From contig JBMNFY010000001.1 of assembly GCA_050949565.1 (NCBI GenBank), forward strand, positions 226,033 to 290,032: a stretch of 64,000 bases of DNA, given 5' to 3'. The notes under the pieces were generated by a model, which was given only the letters and a program-made list of their open reading frames with translations, had not been told where the DNA came from and searched no databases. Positions 39,663-52,700 of this stretch are shown here, one piece after another. Within the stretch, counting starts at the first letter, position 1. Every line of letters begins with the position of its first letter. This stretch comes from Kiritimatiellia bacterium. GTDB lineage: Bacteria; Verrucomicrobiota; Kiritimatiellia; RFP12; UBA1067. Made by a program: the position numbers and the translations under genes.

Positions 39663-41825
39663 TCAAGAGGTCACGACTTTGCCGGCGGAGTCAACCGTCA
39701 TCTTCTCCGTTGCGCCGACTTGGGAACGCAACGCACGGTTGGCGACCCACCATTCAAGCAAGGCGAGCACCAGCGCGATCCAGAGGAAGATTTCAGCGAG
39801 GGAGCGTCCGTTGCGGTGTTCATCAATCAAGCGCAACATCTCCTCGGGATCATGGGCGCTCAGTAATTTTTTGAAGCCGGTCCATTCGGCGAGTTCCTCC
39901 TCGCTCGCGGGAGTCAGGCGCGATTCAAAGCGGTCGGTGTTGACGGCCAGCACGGGCTCCGGTTCGGCCGCGCCCGTCTTGGCGCGCGTGTAGATGCCCG
40001 GTTCGGGCAGGTCCTCGATGAAGAAGGTCCGGTTACCGCTATCCTTGATCTGCAAAGGCAGGCCGGAGGGCATGGTGATCGCGTCATCATCGCGGTAATT
40101 GGGGACGGCCTCGTTGACCGGCAGGTGCGTGCCCAAGGTGAGGTGCGGCGGCTGAACAGATGCGCCTGCGCCTTGGCGGATGAGTTGGTGCACAACCGGC
40201 AGGAAGAACGCGGTGAGCGGGAAGGTGCTCCAGTCGCGGTTCGCGCCGACGGTGAAGAGAAAGACTCGGCCGCGGCCCACGGCGCGTCCCGCCATGAAGG
40301 GCTGGTCGTCGCCGGCCGTGATCAGCACGGCGGCGTTTTCCTCAAGCTCGCCTAGCGTCACCACCCGCTTGAGGGCTACCGTCGGCACCGTGCCGGGCGG
40401 TAGCGGCAGCGTGAAGGTCACCACCTGCCCCTCTTTATTCGGGATGCGCCTGAGCGGGCGGGCCGCCATGTCGACAGGGATATCGATCACGCCGGACGGA
40501 AAAGCGGGCAGGACCTTCAACTCGGCATAGGCACCCGCTTCCGCACGGTAACCGGGAAACACCACGACCACGCCGCCGTTCTTCGCGTACTCCTCAACGC
40601 GCAAAATGGTCTGGCCATCCAGCGGGAAGGCATCGCAGAGGAACAGCGCTTGGTAATCACGCAGGTCGATCTGTGCCAGTTCAGGCGTCTCCACTTGCTT
40701 GACGCTCTCATCGTCGGCACCGGGCGCCAGCGCGGCCTTGAGATAGCGCGTGGCGTCTTGGGGACCCGCAATCAAAACGGGAAGCTGCTTACGCACACGG
40801 ATCAGGAATTGAAAGTCGTCATCTTCCTGCAACGCGTCTTGGGGTGTCTTGACGGTGGCGACATGCACACCCGGCTCGAGTCCGCTGAGCACAAAGTCGA
40901 CAGAGGCTTCGGTGTCGGCTTCCGTCATGATGCTGCGGCGTCCGCGCTCCTGTCCGCCGACCTCCACGGCGACCGCGATTTGCTTGGCGGTGCCGGTCCG
41001 GCCGACGCGGACATTCAAGCGCGCGGTCTGGCCGGCCAGCATCAGCGCGGGCGAGACCTTGACGTCGGTCGGACAGGTGTTGTCCGGCTGCAACGCGCCA
41101 GCCAACAGGGCGAAGAAGGAGACCTTGTCACGCTGTTCGCGCGTGATGCGAACCCGGCCGCTATCGTCTGCGGCCTCGTCCGGGGGCGCTTCGCGGAATC
41201 CCTGCCAGGCCAGGGCTTGGCCGTCCGTCAGGATGTAGACCTCGCGTTCACGCCGGCCGTCCTGTTGCTCCAGCGTGCGCAGGGCCAGCGCGACCGCGTC
41301 ATCCAGCTTGCTGGAGCCGTGTTGACAGGCGAGCGCCTGAATCGCCTGCACGACCGTCGCATGTTCAGTGGTCGGTTTTTCAATGATCGGGAGCGGCGTG
41401 TCGCCCGCCACGTACACGCAGACGCGGTCGCCGGCGAAAAGCCCGTTGACGATACTGACGGCGGCGTCTTTGCAGATGGCGAAAACCTTGCCGCGATCCA
41501 ACTCGTAGTTCATGCTGTAGGAGGCATCGATCACGATCGCCACGTCGCGTCGCGTTCGGCTTAGCCAAGAGCCGCCGGTGGCGGAGCGCAACACCGGCAG
41601 CGCGAACGCAAAGCCGATCACCAGCAGGAGCAACGTGCGCAACAACCACAGCAGGAAATTCTCAAAACGCACCCGGCTGGACGAACGCTTCTGCGCGGCC
41701 TTCAGGAAGCGCAGGGTTGGGAAGGGAGTAACGACAGTGCGGCGACGCTGAAACATGTGCAGCATCAGCGGGATCGCAGCGGCCGTCAGCGCCCACAGAA
41801 AAGTTGGATTGGCGAAAACGAGCAT
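39663..41825 (-). CDS. BatA-domain/vWA membrane protein
   Basis: FANPTFLW...PLMLH...FPTLRFL BatA motif, VIDASYSM MIDAS, ILTDGQ and C-terminal TM LLEW. Confidence 0.85.
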   Translation of the reverse strand: MLVFANPTFLWALTAAAIPLMLHMFQRRRTVVTPFPTLRFLKAAQKRSSSRVRFENFLLWLLRTLLLLVIGFAFALPVLRSATGGSWLSRTRRDVAIVIDASYSMNYELDRGKVFAICKDAAVSIVNGLFAGDRVCVYVAGDTPLPIIEKPTTEHATVVQAIQALACQHGSSKLDDAVALALRTLEQQDGRREREVYILTDGQALAWQGFREAPPDEAADDSGRVRITREQRDKVSFFALLAGALQPDNTCPTDVKVSPALMLAGQTARLNVRVGRTGTAKQIAVAVEVGGQERGRRSIMTEADTEASVDFVLSGLEPGVHVATVKTPQDALQEDDDFQFLIRVRKQLPVLIAGPQDATRYLKAALAPGADDESVKQVETPELAQIDLRDYQALFLCDAFPLDGQTILRVEEYAKNGGVVVVFPGYRAEAGAYAELKVLPAFPSGVIDIPVDMAARPLRRIPNKEGQVVTFTLPLPPGTVPTVALKRVVTLGELEENAAVLITAGDDQPFMAGRAVGRGRVFLFTVGANRDWSTFPLTAFFLPVVHQLIRQGAGASVQPPHLTLGTHLPVNEAVPNYRDDDAITMPSGLPLQIKDSGNRTFFIEDLPEPGIYTRAKTGAAEPEPVLAVNTDRFESRLTPASEEELAEWTGFKKLLSAHDPEEMLRLIDEHRNGRSLAEIFLWIALVLALLEWWVANRALRSQVGATEKMTVDSAGKVVTS

Positions 41826-42003
41826 AACGTGAGGTAAAAAATGGAAAGGCCCGTCGGACTACGAACCCTTACCGCAAGGCATCTCAACAAGCACCATCGC
41901 AAACATAACCACTTCATCGTAGCGTATGTTCCGCCTCTTGTCGAGTGCGCACAGCGCGTTTTTTCTTTTTACGAGGCTCTTGCAAACCTCTTTGTTTACG
42001 GGT

Positions 42004-42597
42004 GTGGCACGGGCATCCTGCCCGTGTTTGCCCCATGGGCGGGACGCCCATGCCACGAGGGTGTGGCACGGGCATCCTGCCCGTGTTTGCCCCATGGGCG
42101 GGACGCCCATGCCACGAGGGTGTGGCACGGGCATCCTGCCCGTGTTTGCCCCATGGGCGGGACGCCCATGCCACGGGGGCGTGGCACGGGCATCCTGCCC
42201 GTGTTTCCCCATGGGCGGGACGCCCATGCCACGGGGCGTGGCACGGGCATCCTGCCCGTGTTTGCCCATGGGCGGGACGCCCATGCCACGGGGGCGTGGC
42301 ACGGGCATCCTGCCCGTGTTTGCCCCATGGGCGGACGCCCAGCCCCGGGCTGTCCGCATCCGCCCCGCGCCCCAGGGCGGGATGCCCATGCCACGGGGCG
42401 GGCACGGGCATCCCCAGGTGCCTCAGGCGACCCCATGCCAAGCGTGCCCCTGGGCGGAACGCCCATGCAACGTGTCACGGGCAACTGCCCTGCCCCAGGC
42501 GGACTCCCTGCAACGCGTGCAAGGGAACCTCCCTTGCCCTATCACTCCCATCCACCGATCACCACCCAGTTGTCCTCATTTACATTCCCGTGCCACG
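42004..42597. repeat. Tandem array of REP doublets (57-59-bp unit), decaying after about 42340
   Basis: GTGGCACGGGCATCCTGCCCGTG-TTTGCCC-CATGGGCGGGACGCCCATGCCAC units start at 42004, 42063, 42122, 42181, 42238 and 42296; no unique spacers. Confidence 0.9.
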
Positions 42598-42746
42598 AGA
42601 AGCTGCTTGCGGAAGAGTCTCACAAGCCACAATAAATCGGGTAAAACCTGTTTGATTTTACCTCCCTGTTTGATATATTTGTTGCGTCGTGTTAAGCCCC
42701 ACTCTCTTCGAGTGCAAAGGGCGGGGCTGAGCACAGGGGGGATGAG

Positions 42747-43451
42747 ATGGACGCGAAGTCGCAGGGAAAAGCGGCAAGGACAAAAGACCGGTCGACATGT
42801 CGCCGGAAGGTCATGCTGGTCGACAACCATCCGGTGGTCGGTTACGGTCTCAAGATGTTGTTTCAATCGACGGACGATCTGGAATTGGCGGGTCAGGCGA
42901 CCAGTGTCGCGGATGCCATGGTGTTGCTCAAAGCCGGCATACCCGATCTTGTTCTGTTGGGCTTGTCGTTGCCCGGGCCGGGCGGGATCGAATTCCTGAA
43001 GAACCTCCAGATCAGCCATCCCAAGTTGCCGATCCTCGTGTTCTCGATGTACGACGAAAACGACTTTGCCAAACATGTACTCCAGGCTGGGGGCAAGGGG
43101 TATGTGATGAAGTGCGAGTCCTGCGACGAGGTGCTGGTCGCGGTCCGATGCGTGCTGGCCGGCGGCGTCTTTGTCAGTCCCAACCTGACCGCGCGTCTGG
43201 TCGCCTCGCTTGTGCCCGGCGCCGCGCCGGAAGAAAAGGGCGGCGTTGGCACGCTGAACTGCCGTGAGCTGCAGGTGTACAACATGATCGGCAGCGGCAT
43301 GGCCACGCGGGAGATCGCCAAGCAGCTCAATCTCAGCCCGAAAACCGTGCAGACCTACCGCGAACGTATCAAACAAAAAATGGGGTTGCGCACGGCCACC
43401 GACCTGGTCCACTCCGCCACGCTCTGGCTCAGGAACCAGTGTGGAGGCTGA
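42747..43451 (+). CDS. NarL/LuxR-family response regulator with an atypical receiver domain
   Basis: VMLVDNHPVV, PDLVLLGLSLPG (Gly at the phospho-Asp position), GYVMK and LuxR HTH REIAKQLNLSPKTVQTYRERIKQK. Confidence 0.88.
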   Translation: MDAKSQGKAARTKDRSTCRRKVMLVDNHPVVGYGLKMLFQSTDDLELAGQATSVADAMVLLKAGIPDLVLLGLSLPGPGGIEFLKNLQISHPKLPILVFSMYDENDFAKHVLQAGGKGYVMKCESCDEVLVAVRCVLAGGVFVSPNLTARLVASLVPGAAPEEKGGVGTLNCRELQVYNMIGSGMATREIAKQLNLSPKTVQTYRERIKQKMGLRTATDLVHSATLWLRNQCGG

Positions 43452-43489
43452 AGTCGGCGGCGAAAACCCAGTAATTTGCTTATAGATAA

Positions 43490-43620
43490 TACGATTTAAT
43501 CGTACTCGTTTTTAGTTTTTTAAACTATTAAAAATTCAGTTTTTCACGACTGTGCAACAAACAACTATCGTGCTTTAATATTTGCGTGGGCCGTATTGTC
43601 ATTTACGTGGGATCGTAAAT
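43490..43620. promoter_or_regulatory. AT-rich control region with two perfect palindromes
   Basis: TACGATT-T-AATCGTA at 43490-43504 and ATTTACG-N6-CGTAAAT at 43601-43620. Confidence 0.5.
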
Positions 43621-43723
43621 TGTACAACGCCGGTGCAACAGCCGACATCGCGTGTCGGTTTGCCGTGTGTGAACAATACGTCTCTAGATGTGTATGTATG
43701 CATCTTTAATTAAGGAATAAAGT

Positions 43724-46700
43724 ATGAAGACACAACGAATCGGGTTCAACGGGGAGGTCACGCGTTTTATGGCGGCTATCGCCGCAACGGTGCTGGGGGT
43801 TGCCACCGCCAACGCGGCGGTGGCGTTGAGCGGTGCCGGTACGGAAGCCAGTCCGTATCTCATCACGAGTTTGGCTGACCTCGTGACCTTCCGCGATTGG
43901 GTGAATGCCGGCAACAACTGCGCCGGCGAATTCTTCCAACTCACGGCGGACATTGACATGTCGTCCGAGCCCAACTGGACGCCGATCTCCGACTACGCAT
44001 ACGGAGCCGGAGGCAACGCACGGTTTTCAGGTACTTTCGATGGCGGCAACTTCACGATCAGCCATCTGACTATCACTTCCAACCCGACAGATCTGCTGGG
44101 CAATACATCACACTTGATGTTGGGGTTGTTCGGCGCCGTAGGCAGCGCCCATTTCAGAAACATCCGGATGTCTGACGTCGACATTGGTGTCACCAATGCA
44201 AATGGCGATGTCACCAACATGGGCATCTGCGCGGCACTTGTGGCGAATGCATCCGGTGCATCCTCGATCCGCAATGTCGAAATCGTTTCCGGATCGGTCA
44301 AGTCCATAGAGAACGCCGCCGGCATCTACGCTTTCGGTACCGCTTACCTGCACTTGTCGAACTGTGTCAACCGCGCGGCGGTCACGGGCTACAGCTCCGG
44401 TGGTATCGCCGGCGTGGCCGGTCGAGACAGCGTCAATCACTCGTTGATCGAAGATTGCGTGAACTACGGTGCGGTTGCCAGCCATGACAACAGCGGCTCC
44501 GGCGTCGGCGGCATTCTCGGCAAGGCGCAGAACAATGTGGTCCGGAACTGCACGAACTACGGCACGGTCACTGGGCTTGATTCCAACCTGTACGTCGGCG
44601 GAATCTGCGGCGTTGGAAACACGGCCAACACCTTCGAATACTGTGTGAACTATGGCGAGGTCACTTCCGATGCGGGTGCAAACGGCAGGGCCGGCGGCAT
44701 TCTCGGCAGTGCCGGGGGAGCCTTCACGTTCAACTTCTGCATCAACATGGGCAACGTCACGGGTTATCAGGGCGCGGGCGGAATCGTCTACCATGTCGAC
44801 GCCTACGCGAGCACGTTGAACTACTGTTACAATGCCGGCGCGATCCAGGCCACGCACGGCGACGCGGGCGGTCTGGTCGGCGGCCTGACCGGCAGCGCGA
44901 CGAGCTACAGCCTCAACGACGGCACGGTGACGGCCAGCGGTACGGCCTGCATGACATCGCCGACCACTGGCGCGGCGGTCTATTACCACGTCGACGGTGT
45001 GCTCTACAACGCAGACGGGTCTGCCGCCGGAATCACCGAAAGCGAAGCCTGCGATGCGTTGAATACCGGTTTGGCGGCAGGGAGTGAGTTCTGGGGCATC
45101 AGCGGTTTGGGACAGGCAGCCCCCGACTTTATGACTTTTTACGGGACGCCTCCAGTTGTGTGGGTCGACGACGACTATACCCCAGGCTCCTGCGACGGGC
45201 ACATCTGGGGCTACGATGCCTTTTCGGAACATTCAGGACGGCGTGGATGCCGTTGTCGATGGCGGCACGGTCAACATCGCGGCGGGGACGTATGTCGAGA
45301 ACGTGTATGTTTACGAGAAGGATCTCGACATCATCGGCGCCGGTGCGGCGGCGACGATCGTCGACGGGAACGCGGCGGATAGCGTTTTCTTCGTGGAGGG
45401 TGACATCGACGTTGCGATCATGGGTTTGACGATCCAGAACGGCGGCGGCGCATTGGCTACCTATGGCGCTGGCGTCTACGCCGTGGCCACGTCTTATTAT
45501 GGGGATGGTCTCTTCCTGTCCCTCGTGGATTGCTGGCTGAAGAACAATACGGCGGCCACTTCGGGCGGAGGACTTGCGACGGGTGGATTGAACGAGCACG
45601 TGACGTTGATCGGCACGACGATTTCCGGCAACACAGCTTCCGGCAAGTGGGCGAGCAATGGCGGTGGCGGAGCCTTCATCTATGGCGGCTCGTTGACCAT
45701 GCAAAATTGTACCGTGAGCGGCAATACGGCGGTACGCGATGGTGGCGGCATTTTCATAACGCCCAACACGTTATGTGAGATCGATTTTGTTACAGCCACG
45801 GGCAACACGGCGGCACGCGGCGGCGGTCTGAGCCTGCAGGGCGCAGTCGGCGCAATCAATAACACCATTGTTTGCGGCAACACGGCCACCGCAGACAACA
45901 ACGTCTTCGGCGCGATCCCCACCCTGGCGGAGCGCACAACCTCATTAACCAGGACGCGATGCTCGGCGCTCTCGCCGACAACGGCGGGCCGACGCCGACC
46001 CACGCCCTGCTGACCGGCAGCCCGGCCATCAACGGCGGCGTGGCCGGCACCGCGACCTACGACCAGCGCGGCGTGCCGCGCGATCAGGGCAACGCCCCCG
46101 ACATCGGCGCGTACGAGACGGTGCGCATTGTTTACGTCGACGACGACTGGACCGGTCCCGAGAACGTGGTCGGACACGCCTGGGGTCAGGATGCCTTCTC
46201 GACATTGACTGCCGCCTTGGCCGCGGTTCCCGATGGCGGCGTGGTGCATGTGGCAGCGGGCTCCTATTCGGAGATCATCACCGTCAATAAGTACGTGAGC
46301 GTGATCGGCGCGGGCAGCGGCACCGACGGCACGATTCTGACTGCCGCTTCGGGCGGCGACACGACGGTTGGCGTGGTCAACCTGACGGCCTCCGGCCTTT
46401 CGGATGAGGTACCGATCCTTCTGAAAGACCTTCGCATTGAGCCCGTCCATCGCGCCGGCATTTCGGTCGGAAAGTTCGGGAAGGCAACTGGCACGACCGT
46501 CGAGTATGTGAAACTCGACAATGTGAAGGTCTATGGCACGAACGCCTCGCCGTCGACGGAGCAGGAGCGCGGACTGTATGTCGATGTCACGTCGACGCTC
46601 AAACACCTCGTGGTGACGGATTGCGCCTTCGACAACCTGACCTACGGCTGGTACTTTCAGAAGCAGGTCAGCGCCGATACCAGCACGGTGCAAGATGTGA

Positions 46701-49700
46701 CGGTTTTGAACACGAGTTTCAGCCATAACAATCACAAGGGCATCTATGCCGAGAAGCTGTCGGACGCGACCTTCACGGGCTGCACGATAGCCGATAACGG
46801 GTTCGACGGCTCTGTGCTTCCTGACTACTTTGCTCCGTGGATGTGCGGTGTCGATCTGAACCTGAAGGCTGGAACCTATACGAATTTTACCTTTGACAGT
46901 TGCGCGATCACCGGCAACGCGCTCGGCGGTGCCAAGGAAGGTGTCGGCATCACGATTAAAGCGCGCGACGACGGGGGGTATGCGACGTTCCCCGCTGCAT
47001 GCGCTGATGTGTTGATTACCGGTTGCACGATCACCGGCAATGAACGCGGCGTCCGCATCGGCGAGCCTGGAAAGTCAAATGAGGGGCCGACGGGTGTCGT
47101 GCTCGAAAACAACGTTATCGCGGACAACGTCAAAACCTACACTGGAACCGACGGGTCGGCATACGGCGGCGTGATCAATGTTTCCCAGACGCAGGTTGAT
47201 GCCAACGGCAACTACTGGGGCGAGGCGACGCCCAACATGGTCGAGCATATCGCCGGCGATGTGACGGTCGACAACTACTACGCGGCGTACGATGCCGGCG
47301 TGTTCAGCGACCTCCGCTACCTCACCGTCTATGTTGACAGTGCGGCCGACGAAGACGCGACCCACTTCAAGACGCTGGCCGGGGCGGTCGCCGCCGTCGC
47401 GCCGGGCGGCACGATCCATGTCGCCGCCGGGGGGACCTACAATGAGTCGGTCACGCTGGAGAAACCTGTAAGCCTTATCGGCCCCGCGACCGGCGAAAAG
47501 CCTCTCGTCGTCGGCATGATCACCGCCACGCATACCACGGGCTGGACGACGCGCATCGAGAACATCGACTTCAAGGTCAATGCGACCGACAAGAACAACC
47601 TCAAGCTCGTCGGGGTCAAGAACCTCACGGTCAAGGGCTGCGATTTCGACGCCGACGAGCGTTTCATGGCGCTGCCTCAAGTGGTGGCCGTCCAGTTGGA
47701 CGGTGCCTGCCAGAACATCACGTTCGAGGATTGCACGTTCCACGACGGGTACTACGTCACGATCCAGGGTCGCGCGGACAATCTGCTCGTCAAGGATTGC
47801 GACATCGAGAATTGCAAGAGCGGCATCAACATCCAGTATGCCTATGGTGCCGGGTTGATCCTGCAAAACACCGACATCAGCGTGGTGGCGCAGGGGGCGG
47901 CCAACGACACCTACTGCGTGCGCTTCGGCAGCGCGAGCGGCTCGGCGGAAAATCTGAGCATCACCGACGGCGACTTCACGGTCGACACGAATGGTCTGAC
48001 GCCCGATGCCGGCACCTACTTCCATGCGATTGTCGTGCGCGAGGCGGCTACCGGCACGCTGGCGGTCACCGGCACGACCATCAACGGCGAGATCGCCAAC
48101 CTCTCCGCCACGCCGCTTGCCGGCGTGGACAACCTGTACTACGTCGTCTACGTCGACGACGACTACACCGCCGCGACCAGCGGCTGGGGCGCATACGCCT
48201 TCGCGTCCATCCAGGACGCGCTGACAGCCGTTCAGACCAGCGGCACGGTACACGTCGCGGCAGGCACATACACGCAGAGCGTGACCGTCAACAAGCCGAT
48301 CAGCCTCGTCGCGAGCGGTGACGCCACGATCATCGGCACCGCCGCCGACGCCGTGACCGTCGCTGCCGACGGCGTACGCATTTCAGGCTTCACGGTCCAA
48401 AATCCGAACGGACTGCATGGCATCTATGCCCTGAACCGCAACCACCTGACGGTCAGCGGTAATATCATCGAGAAAGTAGGCACCGGAGTCGCCGCGCCGA
48501 GTTCCGTGCCGTGCGGCGTCATGATCTACTCGACCATCGCGGCGGTGGACGATGTCCTGCTGACCGGCAACGTGATCCGCGGCATCGAGAGCAAAGGCAA
48601 CAAAAAGAGCGCCAACGGCATCTGGGTGGGTGACTCGGCCGGAAACTTCGACATCGCCAACCTGGTCATCCAGGGGAACGTCATCTCCAACATCGTGGCC
48701 TCGCCTAACACCTTCGAGGCGGGCGGCCGCGGAGCTTATGGCATCATCATCAATCACGCGATCAGCGGTACAGGCCGCACGCTGGCTCCGTCCATCAAAG
48801 ATAACCTGATCACCGATCTGGAAGGGGTCTGGGCCCATGCCGTCGGACTTGAGGGCAACACGCCGGATGCCGTGGTGCAAGGCAACACGATCGCGCGGAT
48901 CATCGACCACAAGTCGCCGGCCGAGCCGGATGCAGTCGGCATCATGGTCGAAGACAATCTCGCCGCAGCGGATGTCTTGATCGTGAGCAACCGCTTCTCC
49001 GAAGTTCTGGTCGGCGTCCGGAACGACATGGCGGCTTCCGTTACGGCCAACGCCAACTACTGGGGCTCGGCGACGCCTGACATCGATTCTTTGGTCCTCG
49101 GCGATGTCGTGACCGACAGCTTCTACGCCGACGCCGCTCTGACCGATCTCCGTTACTTCACGGTCTTTGTTGACGGCGCCTTAGCGACGGAATCCGGCAA
49201 TCAGTTCAAGACCATCCAGGGCGGCGTGGACGCGGTGTCTGTTTATGGCACGGTGAACGTTGCGGCAGGCTCGTACGGCGGTGCGACACTCACGAAGTCG
49301 GTGAAACTGCTCGGCGCCAACGCGGGCGTGGCCGGATACGGAACGCGCGCCGACGAAGCGGTCATTACCTCGATCATCAATATGACCGGCAAAGACACGA
49401 CGGTCATGATCGACGGTTTCAAGTTCAACGTTACGCCGCATCTTATGCTCGGCGCGAACAATGCGGAGAGCAAGCAGACGGCCGACTGGACCTTCCAGAA
49501 CAACCTCGTCGAGGCGTCGGGCGCCATCTACAGCGATACCGGTTACGACAACCTCAACTGGCGCGACGTGGTCGTGACCCGCAACCGGTTCGTCAATATG
49601 AACTCGAACGCGGTGAGCATGTTCAACGTCAGGAGCCTGACGGCGACGGACAATCAGTTCGATACGTTCGGCACTGGTCATAACGCCTTGGTTTTCCAGA

Positions 49701-52700
49701 ACGGTGGCTCGTTGACCGTAGCGGGCAACTCCTTCTCGAACATCGGTTGGAACGCCGTGCAGTTGGTGGGTGCGACGAGTGTCACGATCACCAACAACAT
49801 TTGCAGCAACTTGGGCGCGGAAGCTTTCAAACTGGGCGGCCCCATCGAGAACGGTGTCTGCTCGTATAACACCATCATCGGCGCCAACACGACCGGTGAG
49901 CAAGATGTGGGGGGTATCCGTATCCGCGTGGCAGCGGGGCAACCGTACAACGTCGAGATCATCGGCAACTATATCGAGAACAGCTTCAACGGCATAGCCG
50001 TGCGGGACGGCGACGTTCTTGCTGGTACGGCGATTACTGTTGCTCAGAACACACTTGTCAATAACAGCAAGGCCGGCATCTACAACGGCGGTACAGCCGC
50101 ATTGGCGGTCTCCGCCAACTATTGGGGCACGGAGTTCGGACCGTCGGGCACCGGTTTCTTCGGTACCGGCGACGCGATCATCGGGCCGGTGGACATCGAA
50201 AGCTACTATACCGATGCGGCGCTCACCACGCTCCATTTCTACGACCTCTACGTGGATGACAGCTTCGCGGACGACGATCTGGACAGCAATCACTTCCGGA
50301 CGATCCAAGCGGCGTATGCCGCCGCCAATCCCGGCGACACGATCCATGTCGCGGCCGGAACCTATGCGCAAGCGGGCACGTTGACGCTGGCCAAGCGGGG
50401 GCTGACGCTGACGGGAGCCTCACGTGACGATGTGAAGATCGACGTCTCTGCATGCGGTGGCTCTTGGGGCATCCGTGTAAAGGCCGACGACGTGACGCTC
50501 GAGCACTTCACGGTCATTCCGCAAAGCGGGACAGGCGGCGGCTACCCGATCCACGTCGCGAACACGCCGGGCACCCTCTCGAACATCACGTTGCGTGACA
50601 TCAAGATCACGGGCTCGTATCGCACGCCGTTCGACTTTAACGGTGTGGACAATCTGGTGCTTGATGGGTTGGTCGCCTACGGCGCGGTTTACGGCAGCGG
50701 CATCGGTCTCACGGGTTGCGCCGGGGTCACCATCACCGGTTGCCAGACGGCGGATAACGACTGGGGCGGCGTGCGCGTGTCGGGGTCTACGAACGTCGTG
50801 CCGAACCGCCCCAGCAGTGACGTCAACGTTGACTTTACGGCCAATACCTTTGCCGAAGTCAATGCGCTCTACATTGAAGACGACGAGTTGATTTCGACGG
50901 TCAACGCGACGGGGTACAGCTACAAGCTTACGACCTCAGCGGGTAAGACAGCCTATTTGGAGCAGGATTACACCGAGGCGCAGGCCATCGCCGTTGCGCT
51001 CGCCGCCGAATCCACCTATCCTGGCCTCACGGTCACCGGTATTTACGATGAAGCCGGAAATCAGGTTCCCTTCGACGGCGAGGTGGGCACGGCCATCGTC
51101 TACGTGGACGACGACTGGGCTGGAACGACTGCCGGCGCGGGCGTCCAGAAGCCCGGCGCTCCGGCCGGCACCTACCTGCAGTTCGGCCGTAACGCCTTTG
51201 CGACGGTGCAGGGCGGCGTGACGGGAGTCGACGCGACGGGGACGGTTTATGTCGCGGCGGGTACGTACGCCGAGGCCTTCACGATCGCCAAGCCGGTGAC
51301 GGTTCTCGGCCCCAACGACAACATCAGCCCGAACACGGGCGAGCGTGTCGCCGAGGCGGTGCTGCAGGGCACGACGGCGTCCGGGCTGAGCGAGAGCGTG
51401 GCGCTCGACGCGACGGGCGTCGTGCTGCGCGGCCTGACCTTCGACAATCTGCGCATCGACAACTATACCAGCAGCGCGCACGAACTGATCACGGACGACG
51501 TGGTCGCTTTCAACCGGTTCGTCAATGTGCTGGGCACACCGGTCTATCTACGTGACGGACGAGATGCGCCTGGACAATACAGCACCGGCGTGGTCGTTCA
51601 GGACAATCGGATCGAGTCGCCCGCGGCGGCTGGGGTGGACGATTACAACGCCGGGTCCGGCATCATCGTGATGGGCGCCGAAGCGCTGTCGGTCAAGGAC
51701 AACGTGATTCTTTCGGCGGCCTACAACGGCATCCGGTTCGCCCGCTGCAACGGTCTCGTTTTGCAGAACAACACGGCCACCGGCTGCGCGCAGCCCGCGT
51801 TGCAGATCGCCCAGTGGAACGATGGCGTCATGCAGATCAGCGGCAACACCTTCAGCACGCTCTCCACCACCAAGGCGGCGGTGCGGCTCTACGGGTTCAC
51901 CAACGACTACAACCCGCAGTTCAGCTTCACCGGCAATACGATCCGGGACAGCAAGTACGGGATACAGATCGGCCACGGCGAACCCAAGGTCTGGAACGAC
52001 ATCCGCGACGCCGACTATGCGTTCAGCGGCAACACGTTTGCCAATATCGAAAGCTACCGCCTGGTGGTCTATCTGCCTACTGCCGCAACCCCGGCGGAGC
52101 TGGCGGAGATGGGCGTCCTGTTTGCGCAGGTCTATCCGACTGGAAGCGGGGTCAAGGCAATCACAACGGCCAATCCGTTCACCTACGTAGCGGTGCCGAA
52201 CACGGTCTGGGTGGACGACTCCTTCACCGCCGAGGCGTGCGGCGGCCACATCTGGGGATATGATGCGTTCACGACCATTCCGGCCGGTGTGACTGCGGTC
52301 GCGGCGGAGGGCGCGGTGAACGTGGCGGCGGGCACTTACAGCGAAAGCCTTGCATTGAACAAGCCGTTGACGCTTGCCGGTCCGGCGGCGGGCGAGAAGC
52401 CCTTGCTGGTCGGCATGATCACGGGAACCTACACGGGCGGCCTGCCGACGCGCATCGAGAACGTCGACTTCCAGGTCAACGCCACCGACAAGTACAACCT
52501 GAAGTTGACCGGGGTCAAGAACCTGACGGTCAAGGGATGCGACTTCGACGCCGACAAGCGTTTCATGGCGCTGCCTCAAGTCGTGGCGGTCCAGTTGGAC
52601 AGCACCTGCCAGAACATCACGTTCGATACCTGCACTTTCCGCGACGGCTACTATGTCACGATCCAGGGCCGGGCGGACAACCTGCTCGTCAAGGATTGCG

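Noticed and set aside
42004-42345. CRISPR array
   Set aside because: Units are contiguous palindromic doublets with no unique spacers, the same unit is dispersed elsewhere, and no cas genes are present
41841-42999. Several overlapping ORFs over the repeat array
   Set aside because: They are translations of a stop-free GC-rich repeat in all frames
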